Positions 16,121 through 23,232 of a stretch of 32,069 nt of DNA are shown here, piece by piece. The position numbers and the translations under genes were made by a program. The stretch's first letter is position 1. The number at the start of each line of letters is the position of its first letter. The notes below the pieces were generated by a model. That model was not told the origin of the DNA, did not search any database, and was given only the letters and a program-made list of their open reading frames with translations. Source of the DNA: Gaiellales bacterium (GTDB taxonomy: Bacteria > Actinomycetota > Thermoleophilia > Gaiellales > JAICJC01); the NCBI GenBank assembly GCA_036502065.1, contig DASXZF010000215.1, positions 1 through 32,069 of the forward strand. Reading direction: 5' to 3'.

Positions 16121-19100
16121 TCACGACCCGGTCGAGGCCGACGCGTGGCCGGGCACATCGCCGCTCGGCACGTCGGCAGGAGGGCCGCCGTTGGCATCGG
16201 CGGAAGCGCGGCGGGCCTGCTCTTCGGCGCCCGCCCGGCGACCCCGGCGGCCGCGTGCACGGCGACGGCGGTCGCGTCGTTCGGGCGATGCCCCGACGGG
16301 CTCGCCGCGAGCGATCTTGCGCACCGCACCGGGGCGTGAGTCGCGCGTCGACTCGCCCTCCCCGTCGGTGACCTCGAACTCGACCCTGACGCGGCCGCGG
16401 ACACCTGCCGCCTTGAGCTGGGCGAGCACGCGGCGGGCGGCGTCGTCGGCGAGCACCTGGCCCTCCGAGATCTCGAGCGGCACCACGAGCCCGGCCCCCT
16501 CGACCGCGATCGCCACCACCCGCTCGGTGATCGGCTCGTTCAGGAGCTTCGCGACGGTCACCTGGAGCGGCGCGATCTCGACCGCGGCCGCACGCACCTC
16601 GACCGCCGTCTCGAACACGCGCTCGTCGCCTGCGAGCTTCCAGTGCAGCTGCTCGACGCCCAGTCGCTCGCGGATGACGGGGTCGGCATCGTCACGCAGG
16701 CGCACCGCCACCTGGGGTGCGACCTCGACCTCGGCCGCGCCGTCGACCCGCCGCAGCGGCACCGCGGGCGGCGTCGAGCCGACCACGACGCCGTTGAACG
16801 AGACCGTCTCGCCGCGCTCGGTCGCCGCCTTGCGCTTCGTCTTCTTGGCCGCTTTCACGCGCTGCATCGGCGCGGGAATGTTCGATCCGAGCGCCGCGGC
16901 CAGCCGCAGCGAATCCTCCGAGAGCCCGCGCCTCGCGACCTCGACGATGCGCTCGCCCGCCGTGCCCCGCCGCGGCGATGCGACGGCGAGCAGCGCGGCG
17001 CCGGCCTCGAGCGGCGCCGCCTTGGCCACCTGCGCGAGCCGCAGACAGGCCTGCGAGTGCTCCGAGTCGGTCTTCGCATTCGCGACGGCGCCCAGAAGGC
17101 CGCGGCCGTCCTCGACGTGGGCGCCGGCATAGCGGTACTCGTGGTCGCGCGCGGCGCGCGCGAGCCGCCACGTCCACGACACGATCCTGTCCTCCGGCGC
17201 CTCGATCTTGTCGTCGCCCATCGCGAGCAGCAGCACGCGCGCGCCCTGGCCGCGATCCTGCTGCCAGGTGGGCGCCGCCTCGACGAGCCGGCAGGCCATC
17301 GCGAACGTCGTCTGGCTCGGTCCCGAGGTGGCCAGGTCGCCGAGCCCGGAGAGACGCATCTTGCGGTGCCGGTTCTCGGCCGCGCAGGTGAAGAAGAAGA
17401 GCTCGCGGGCCTCGGGCGCCAGGTTGACGATGCGATCGGTCAGGGTGTGCACGTCGGCCGGCGTCAGCTGGCGGGCGGCGACGACGGCCCAGGCCCGCTG
17501 CTCGTCGAGCGGCAGCTTGGAGCCGTCGACGAGCTTCCACTGGCTCGCGATCACGGCCACGCGCCGCTCGGGATTGTCCGACACCGGCACGATCCACGGC
17601 AGTTCCTTCACGATCGGCTTGGCCGGCTTGCGGCGGCCGCGCCTGCGTCTGGGCGGCGGCGGCGTGACCAGGCCACCCGGCCGGTAGGCGTCGACGTCGA
17701 GCAGGGAGTGCAGCGTGACGACACGTTCGGAGTGCGGCGCGCCGACCTCGGCGAAGTCGACGACGATCCCCGCCTCCTTGCGCCGGTGCAGGCGCATGAT
17801 GCGCCCGACGCGCTGCTGGTAGACACGCCGGCTGGCGGTCGGCGCCAGGTGCATGCACACCGTCGCGCGGGGCGCATTCCAGCCCTCGGCCAGGATCTGT
17901 GCGTTCACGAGCACGTTGATCTCGCCGCGCTCATACGCGGCGAGCGTCTCGGCCAGCTCGCGAGGCGGCGTGCGCCCCGACACGGCCTTGGCCAGCATGC
18001 CGATCACGCGCATCGCCGCGGCGACCCGCTCGGCGTGCTCGACGCCGGCGGCATAGACGATCCCGGGCGTGTCGCCGAACCGGCTCTGGTAGAGGTCGGC
18101 GGCGGCGAGGTTGAGCGGATCGATGTCGAGGGCCGCGGCCAGCTGACCCTGGTCGAAGTCGCCGCCGACGATCTCGACGGTGCGCAGCGACGCGATCGGC
18201 CGCACGCGCACGCAGCGCAGCGGCGCCACCACTCCGCGCCTGACCGCCTCCGCAAGTGGGAAGTCCGCCACCTCGGCCGGGAACACGTCGCCGACGTGCT
18301 TCTGCAGCAGCTGGTCGGTGGCCGTCATGCCGATGTAGATGGGCTCGTCGTAGCGGCGGATGGCCGCCGCGGTCTTCTCGCCGAGCGCGGTGTGGGCCTC
18401 GTCGCAGACGACGACGCCGTACACGTCGGGCTTGATCTGGTCGGCGTGCTTGATGAACCAGGCGTAGGTGTTGATGGTGAGCGGCGGGATGCGGGGCGTC
18501 GGCTGGCCGATCAGCACCGGCTCGTGCAGCCGCTGGCTGTAGCCCTCATGGGTGAGGTCGGCCGTGAACTGGTTCACGAGCAGCCGCCGGTGGGTGAGGA
18601 TCAGCACGCCGGTCGTGCGCGCGGCCTCGACGAATCCGGCGGCGGCGATCGTCTTGCCCGACGCGGTGGGATGCTTGAAGCGGTAGCGGCGGCGCGCGCC
18701 CGGATCGGGCGCCTCGGGCTCACCGCTCAGCTCGGGGTCGTCCTCCGACACGTCGGGGACAGCCATCGCCGGATCGTGGGCGAGCGCCACGGGCGCGTCG
18801 CCGGCCTCGTCCTCTTCCTCGTCCTCGTCGTCGTCATCCTCGTCGTCATCCTCGTCCTCGTCCTCGTCCTCATCCTCGTCCTCGTCATCGTCATCGTCCT
18901 CTTCATCGGCGCTCGCATCGGCCTCGAGATCGGTGTCCTCGGCCTCGTCGCCGTTCTCGGCCTCGCTGTCGTCGTCCTCCTCGTCGAGGAGCGCCGTTCG
19001 CTCGAGGTCGCTGATCAGCGCGGCCAGCTGGCCCGCGAGCGCATCGACTTGATGCCGGCGCAGGGTCGTGCCCGACGCCAGCTTCGGCTGCGGATCGGAG

Positions 19101-19330
19101 AGCACGCGCTCGAGGCCGAGCACGAGCGAGTAGTCGCGCCGCCACTCGTAGCTGGGCTCCGGCAGGCCGCGGGCGATCTCGTCGAGGGCCGCGTCGAGCG
19201 CCTTGCGCCGGACGGTTCCGGGCGCGAGCGCGACGGCGATGTCCTCGCCCTCGTGGAGTAGCGGCTCTCCACACCATGCCTCGACACGGTGTGTAGCCGC
19301 CTCTGAGTCGGCCTCGAAGCGAACAGTCAT
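16121..19330 (-). CDS. SF2 (DEAD/DEAH, ResIII-type) helicase with an acidic insertion and a large unassigned C-terminal region
   Basis: 1069 aa. Motifs RRHQVDAL, HPTASGKT (I), VVCDEAH (II), MTAT (III), QQRVGRIMR (VI). SD AGGGA lies 4 nt before ATG 19330. Confidence 0.9.
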   Translation of the reverse strand: MTVRFEADSEAATHRVEAWCGEPLLHEGEDIAVALAPGTVRRKALDAALDEIARGLPEPSYEWRRDYSLVLGLERVLSDPQPKLASGTTLRRHQVDALAGQLAALISDLERTALLDEEDDDSEAENGDEAEDTDLEADASADEEDDDDDEDEDEDEDEDEDDDEDDDDEDEEEDEAGDAPVALAHDPAMAVPDVSEDDPELSGEPEAPDPGARRRYRFKHPTASGKTIAAAGFVEAARTTGVLILTHRRLLVNQFTADLTHEGYSQRLHEPVLIGQPTPRIPPLTINTYAWFIKHADQIKPDVYGVVVCDEAHTALGEKTAAAIRRYDEPIYIGMTATDQLLQKHVGDVFPAEVADFPLAEAVRRGVVAPLRCVRVRPIASLRTVEIVGGDFDQGQLAAALDIDPLNLAAADLYQSRFGDTPGIVYAAGVEHAERVAAAMRVIGMLAKAVSGRTPPRELAETLAAYERGEINVLVNAQILAEGWNAPRATVCMHLAPTASRRVYQQRVGRIMRLHRRKEAGIVVDFAEVGAPHSERVVTLHSLLDVDAYRPGGLVTPPPPRRRRGRRKPAKPIVKELPWIVPVSDNPERRVAVIASQWKLVDGSKLPLDEQRAWAVVAARQLTPADVHTLTDRIVNLAPEARELFFFTCAAENRHRKMRLSGLGDLATSGPSQTTFAMACRLVEAAPTWQQDRGQGARVLLLAMGDDKIEAPEDRIVSWTWRLARAARDHEYRYAGAHVEDGRGLLGAVANAKTDSEHSQACLRLAQVAKAAPLEAGAALLAVASPRRGTAGERIVEVARRGLSEDSLRLAAALGSNIPAPMQRVKAAKKTKRKAATERGETVSFNGVVVGSTPPAVPLRRVDGAAEVEVAPQVAVRLRDDADPVIRERLGVEQLHWKLAGDERVFETAVEVRAAAVEIAPLQVTVAKLLNEPITERVVAIAVEGAGLVVPLEISEGQVLADDAARRVLAQLKAAGVRGRVRVEFEVTDGEGESTRDSRPGAVRKIARGEPVGASPERRDRRRRARGRRGRRAGAEEQARRASADANGGPPADVPSGDVPGHASASTGS
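18806..18985 (-). repeat. Imperfect GAY/GAR triplet array encoding a 60-residue acidic block (34 consecutive Asp/Glu at 18806-18907)
   Basis: The plus strand reads as runs of GTC/CTC/ATC/TTC triplets. On the coding strand this gives DEEDDDSEAENGDEAEDTDLEADASADEEDDDDDEDEDEDEDEDEDDDEDDDDEDEEEDE. Confidence 0.9.
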
Positions 19331-19393
19331 TTAGTCCCTGCAGCCGCGGGCAGAAACGGGCGCCCCAACGGGCGACACCAGCGGCCGGTGTTG

Positions 19394-19399
19394 AGTGTA
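19394..19399 (-). promoter_or_regulatory. -10 element TACACT upstream of the helicase gene
   Basis: Minus strand TACACT about 64 nt upstream of ATG 19330. The same hexamer serves as a putative -10 at two other genes in the window. Confidence 0.3.
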
Positions 19400-19470
19400 G
19401 CGGATCGGACGGTCGGTGTGAGAAGCGCAACGAGCGGGAACCTGCCACGCATCTCCGCCGTCAGAGCAGC

Positions 19471-19992
19471 GTGCGCCGGATCCTCGTCACGCTCCATGCC
19501 CTGGCCGTCGCCGTGCTCGCGACGGCCTGCCTCGCGAGCGCCGCGCCGGCGACGACGAACCACACGACCGTCCCGATCGCGCCCGCGCCCCCGGCGACGC
19601 AGGTCGTGGTCAGGTACTCGACCGGCGCCTTCGCGCGCACGCGCGCACGTGTGCGCACACCCTGCCCTGCCCGGGCGAGCTGCCGGGTCGCCCGCATCGC
19701 GCACACCTCGCCGCGCCTATGGGTGCTCGATGTGAGGCGGGTGCTGACCTGCGATCCGGCCGGCGGGTCGTACTCCGATCCCGCCGCGGCGTGCCGTGCG
19801 CTGCGCGACTTCGCCCGCCGCTACCACCGCGGGAGCGGGGTCGCGTGCGCGTGTGCCCTCGAGCTCGGCACCCCCGCAACCGCCGTCGGCGACATCGCAC
19901 ATGTCGAGACGACGTTGCCCATCGATTCGTGCACGGCCTGCGGCCTCGGCCGGCACGCCGGCCGCGATGTGCAGACGCTCACGCCGTCTTAG
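19471..19992 (+). CDS. Secreted (possibly lipo-) protein with a subtilisin-inhibitor (SSI)-like domain
   Basis: High GC3. GTG start. Signal peptide MRRILVTLHALAVAVLATACLASAAP. LTCDPAGGSYSDPAAACRAL resembles the conserved SSI-family core (TC.P.GG.HP...AC..L), followed by further paired Cys residues. Confidence 0.55.
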   Translation: MRRILVTLHALAVAVLATACLASAAPATTNHTTVPIAPAPPATQVVVRYSTGAFARTRARVRTPCPARASCRVARIAHTSPRLWVLDVRRVLTCDPAGGSYSDPAAACRALRDFARRYHRGSGVACACALELGTPATAVGDIAHVETTLPIDSCTACGLGRHAGRDVQTLTPS

Positions 19993-20789
19993 GTCTCGCC
20001 GCGGGCCGCGGCGATCGAGGCCGTGACCGCATCGCGCAGCGGCGTATACAGGTCCGCGGCGGCCGCGACGACGCACGGCTCGAGCCCCTCGCCCGGGTCG
20101 AACACCGACACGTCGCCGCCCGACTCGGAGACGAGCAGCATGCCGGCGGCCCGGTCCCAGTGCTTGATCCCCCACTCGTAGAAGCCGTCCAGCCGGCCGC
20201 ACGCCACCCAGGCCAGGTCAAGCGCCGCCGAGCCGCCGCGGCGGATGTCGCGCACCTGTGGCAACAGGTGGGTGAGCACCTCGGCCTGGAACGCGCGATC
20301 CTCGGGGGCGTACGCGAACCCGGTGCCGACCAGCGCCCGGTCGAGGCCGCGCGCAATGCGCGTCCCGACGGAGCGGCCGTTCAGGGTCGCGCCCGAGCCG
20401 CGGGCGGCGGCGAAGGTCTCGCCGCGACAGGGATCGTGCACGACGGCCACGACGCCGCCGTCGGCGTCCTCGCAGGCGACCGAAACCGACCACACCGGAT
20501 AGCCGAAAAGGTAGTTGGTCGTGCCGTCGAGCGGGTCGATCACCCACCGCAGGCCCGACGTGCCGGCGGCGTGACCGCCCTCCTCGCCCAGGAGGCCGTC
20601 GGCGGGGCGCGCCGTGGTGATGCGGTCGATCAGCAGCCGCTCGGCGGCGCGGTCGGCGTCCGAGACCATGTCGGTGGTGCTGCTCTTCGACTCGACGCCG
20701 CTCGCCGGCCCCCCGAACCGGTCGAGCAGGAGCGAACCGGCGTCGCGGGCGGCGGCAAGCGCAAGCTCGAGCAGGCCGTCGGTGGACAC
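19989..20789 (-). CDS. Inositol monophosphatase family protein (SuhB/ImpA-like)
   Basis: Motifs WVIDPLDGTTNY and GSAALDLAWVACGRLDGFYE. The 40 codons upstream of GTG 20789 have many A/T-ending codons, so I start at GTG 20789 (266 aa). Confidence 0.88.
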   Translation of the reverse strand: MSTDGLLELALAAARDAGSLLLDRFGGPASGVESKSSTTDMVSDADRAAERLLIDRITTARPADGLLGEEGGHAAGTSGLRWVIDPLDGTTNYLFGYPVWSVSVACEDADGGVVAVVHDPCRGETFAAARGSGATLNGRSVGTRIARGLDRALVGTGFAYAPEDRAFQAEVLTHLLPQVRDIRRGGSAALDLAWVACGRLDGFYEWGIKHWDRAAGMLLVSESGGDVSVFDPGEGLEPCVVAAAADLYTPLRDAVTASIAAARGET

Positions 20790-20795
20790 CGCGCG

Positions 20796-20801
20796 AGTGT
20801 A
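20796..20801 (-). promoter_or_regulatory. -10 element TACACT for a leaderless IMPase mRNA
   Basis: Minus strand TACACT lies 6 nt upstream of GTG 20789. No SD. Confidence 0.4.
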
Positions 20802-21041
20802 ATCCAGGTTGCGAGCGGCGCACCCCGTGCGCTCGAAAGTCCCCGGAATAGTGGACAATTTTCCGGCGCTGAGGCATCCTCCTTGGGTATGGGCACGTTC
20901 ATTCCACAACTGAGGGAGCGCCGCCGTCAGCGGAAGCTGGCGCGCGAGCAGGAGCAGCGCTTCCGCGAACCGCTCGACGCGGCCGCAGCCGCCGCCGCGC
21001 GGCTCGCAGACGACCTGCGCCGGCCGTAGGCGCCACGCGAC

Positions 21042-21047
21042 TACCCT
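21042..21047 (+). promoter_or_regulatory. -10 element TACCCT for a leaderless phosphatase mRNA
   Basis: TACCCT lies 7 nt upstream of GTG 21055. No SD. Confidence 0.35.
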
Positions 21048-21054
21048 GGCGCGG

Positions 21055-21516
21055 GTGACGGCGCCGCTGCGCTACTCCGCGCTCGGATCGGGCCTGCTCG
21101 CAGGCAGGATGCCGCATGCCACGAGCCACGTGGAGGCGCTGCATGCCGATGGCGTGCGCACCGTCATCAACCTGTGCGAGGAGCACGAGTACTGGGACGG
21201 CGAGCGCGCCGCGGTCGAGGCCGCGTTCACGGATGCCCGCATCGCCGAGCACCGCCTGCCGGTGCCCGACGGCGCGACGATTCCCCCCGACGTGCTCGAC
21301 CGGGCGGTCGAGGCGGCGGGCGGCGAGACCACGTACGTCCACTGCCGCGGCGGGCGCGAGCGCTCCGCCGCCGTCGCCGTGGCGCTGCTGGCCACTCGCC
21401 GGGGCGTCCCGATCGACGCAGCTCTGGCCGATGCGCAGGCCGTCTGGCCGACGTGCCGCCCGCTGCCGTGGCAGATCGCGGGAGTACGCGCCTGGGCGGC
21501 GGGGAAAGGATCATGA
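21055..21516 (+). CDS. Dual-specificity (Cys-based) protein phosphatase
   Basis: 153 aa with the active-site signature VHCRGGRERS (HCx5R-S). Confidence 0.8.
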   Translation: MTAPLRYSALGSGLLAGRMPHATSHVEALHADGVRTVINLCEEHEYWDGERAAVEAAFTDARIAEHRLPVPDGATIPPDVLDRAVEAAGGETTYVHCRGGRERSAAVAVALLATRRGVPIDAALADAQAVWPTCRPLPWQIAGVRAWAAGKGS

Positions 21517-21601
21517 AGCGGGCATGAAGCCGGTTGCACCCCACGCGGGCCGGCCGTATGCTCACAGAGGTCGACGATATCGGCGGGGAGGGACATTGAG
21601 G

Positions 21602-21835
21602 GTGGCAAAGGTCGTGGTGGTGGGCATCGTGGTCGCGGCCGCGTTTGCCACCATCCTGCTCGTGGGCGGGAGCGGCGGCGCATCGGCGGCGGGCGCGGGC
21701 GGACACGCCACGTCCGACGCGGCCGAGCTTCCGATCACGGTCAGCCAGCTCGCACAGCTGCCGATCATCGCGGGTTTTGTCGCCGCGATGTGGTTCTGCG
21801 TTCGGGCACTGTCATCCGGCAGGAAATTGCAGTAA
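21602..21835 (+). CDS. Small membrane protein (77 aa, two predicted TM segments), hypothetical
   Basis: GTG 21602 lies 8 nt after GGGGAGGGA. Sequence VAKVVVVGIVVAAAFATILLVGG ... LAQLPIIAGFVAAMWFCVRAL. Upstream in-frame codons (from ATG 21524) have low GC3. Confidence 0.45.
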   Translation: MAKVVVVGIVVAAAFATILLVGGSGGASAAGAGGHATSDAAELPITVSQLAQLPIIAGFVAAMWFCVRALSSGRKLQ

Positions 21836-21952
21836 ACTCGACACCGGAGGGAATTGTGAAGAGTGTCCCCGCGCGCGTCGCTTGCGATTGCGCAGCCGGC
21901 TGACCCGTCGGTGTGGGACACGTTGTCCGGCGGCCCACCGGACAGCCCAACA

Positions 21953-21992
21953 GACGAGGCCGTCTCTGCCCAGACGGCCTCGTCGCTTTTCT
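21953..21992 (+). terminator. Rho-independent terminator: GACGAGGCCGTCT-CTGCCC-AGACGGCCTCGTC followed by GCTTTTCT
   Basis: Perfect 13-bp stem (21953-21965 / 21972-21984), 6-nt loop, T-tract at 21987-21990. This is the clearest intrinsic terminator in the window. Confidence 0.65.
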
Positions 21993-22077
21993 GGGTACGG
22001 TTTCCAGCCCGGCGGTCGTGCGGGAAATTACGACTCAAGTGCCCGGGCGTGCGAACGATGATAGAGGTCAGATCGCA

Positions 22078-22734
22078 ATGGCCCCATCGGAAATCACCCA
22101 CGCCCTGCACGTCGTCGACGAGCGCCTCCAGGCCGCCTACACCGTGGCGGCCTCGCTGCTCATCTTCGCGGTCGCGTCCGTCGTCGGCGCGTTCGCGCTC
22201 CACGGACTGACCGGACTGGCCGCGGCCAGCGCCGTGCTCGCGGCCGTCGGCGCCCTCGGCGCGATGGTCGCCTCGCGCATGCTCGAGTGGAAGCGGTGCG
22301 ACCTCTACGACGAGATCGTGCTCTCCGGATTCCGCCACGTGGGTGGTCCGGCCGTCGCCCGCCACGCCGCCGACCTCGTGTCTGCCGCCCGCCGCCAGAT
22401 GTTCGCCGCCACGCTCGAGCGCTTCCTCGAGATCGCGATGCAAAACCAGATCGGCTCCGTGCCGCTCGACCGCAAGGCCCTGCGCGAGCTCGAGCCGCAC
22501 ATCCGCGGCCTCTGCTCCCGTGTCCGCGCCCTCGACGCGCAGGTCGACGCCGCCGGCATGGTGCTGCTGCGCCGGCTCCTGACCGACGGCGCCACCAGCC
22601 CGCTGTTCCGCCTGGGCGGTCCCAAGCCCGAGCTCGAGCGGGCCCTCGAGCGCATCCATGCCCAGCTCGGCCCGATGCCGGTGATCCAGCTCTTCCCGGC
22701 CACTTCGACCGAGCCGCTGCGAATCGCCGCTTAG
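22078..22734 (+). CDS. Hypothetical membrane protein (two N-terminal TM segments plus a helical cytoplasmic domain)
   Basis: 218 aa from ATG 22078, with AGAGG 10 nt upstream and high GC3. No family recognised. Confidence 0.6.
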   Translation: MAPSEITHALHVVDERLQAAYTVAASLLIFAVASVVGAFALHGLTGLAAASAVLAAVGALGAMVASRMLEWKRCDLYDEIVLSGFRHVGGPAVARHAADLVSAARRQMFAATLERFLEIAMQNQIGSVPLDRKALRELEPHIRGLCSRVRALDAQVDAAGMVLLRRLLTDGATSPLFRLGGPKPELERALERIHAQLGPMPVIQLFPATSTEPLRIAA

Positions 22735-23219
22735 GTCTCTCCGGCCTCGGCCTCGGCGATCAGCCGGTCGAGCTCCGGCACCGCCGCGCGCAGGCTGGGC
22801 AGGTTGACGACGATGCCCTCCTGGGTGCTGCGGGCGAGCACGACGACCGCCTCCTCGTCGGGGGACGGGTTCTCCTCGCGGTGCGGCACCCACGGCGGCA
22901 CGTACATGTAGTCGCCCGGCCCGGCCTCGATCCGCCGCTCCTCCCCGTCCTCGAGGAACACGAACACGGGATGCCCGGAGACGACGTAGATGCCGGTCTC
23001 GGCCTCGCCGTGGTGATGGTCGCCCGAGCTCATGCCCGGCGCGACGTGGGCCTTGCCCATCCAGATCTTGCGCGAGCCGCTGCGCTTGCCCGAGATGGCC
23101 TCGTAGCGGCGCATGCCCGGCGTCTGGGCGGTGTCCTCGGACAGGCCGTCGTGGGGCGTGTGGTGCAGCCGCCGGTGCCAGGCGGCCGTGCCGGGATCGT
23201 TCGGAGCCGAGTCGGTCAT
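22731..23219 (-). CDS. Cupin domain protein
   Basis: 162 aa. Cupin motifs GDHHHGEAETGIYVVSG and GDYMYVPPWVPHRE. Lies 13 nt downstream of the acyl-CoA dehydrogenase gene. Confidence 0.85.
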   Translation of the reverse strand: MTDSAPNDPGTAAWHRRLHHTPHDGLSEDTAQTPGMRRYEAISGKRSGSRKIWMGKAHVAPGMSSGDHHHGEAETGIYVVSGHPVFVFLEDGEERRIEAGPGDYMYVPPWVPHREENPSPDEEAVVVLARSTQEGIVVNLPSLRAAVPELDRLIAEAEAGET

Positions 23220-23232
23220 GCGTGGATGAACT

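Noticed and set aside
18727-18918. A 63-aa Arg/Thr/Met-rich ORF (MRAPMKRTMTMTRTRMRTRTRTR...).
   Set aside because: It is an alternative frame of the helicase acidic triplet array. The periodic sequence keeps it open, not selection.
16643-19261. The 872-aa plus-strand ORF antisense to the helicase. Similar long antisense or overlapping ORFs occur at 104..1213, 1156..2829, 5226..7334, 6319..7608, 9661..11103, 11067..12554, 12547..13488, 21562..22893, 23458..24651, 27534..28817 and 30388..31992.
   Set aside because: These translations are low-complexity and rich in R/A/G/P/D/H. Each overlaps a gene with clear family motifs. They are shadow ORFs of the kind expected in GC-rich DNA where stop codons are rare.
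19985-19997. The shared 10-mer CTTAGGTCTC at two convergent junctions (also at 22730-22739). Both minus-strand proteins end in GET-stop.
   Set aside because: 10- to 12-mer coincidences are expected many times over in 32 kb of strongly biased composition. The two proteins (IMPase and cupin) are unrelated. I treat this as chance.
21524-21601. An upstream ATG 21524 as the start of the small membrane protein, giving a 103-aa form.
   Set aside because: The extension has low GC3 (gtt, gca, tat, gct, aga, ggt, cga, tat, gga, aca). The strong SD GGGGAGGGA is positioned for GTG 21602 instead.
21836-21992. Assigning the structured region to a known RNA family (6C RNA, SRP RNA, or a known riboswitch class).
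   Set aside because: The hairpin loops carry only three Cs, not the 6C signature. There is no SRP domain IV motif, and I recognise no riboswitch core. I report it only as an unclassified candidate.
21863-22210. A 115-aa ORF spanning the intergenic region and running into the 22078 gene.
   Set aside because: It reads straight through a 13-bp-stem terminator hairpin and overlaps the downstream gene out of frame. Its translation is low-complexity S/P/R-rich.
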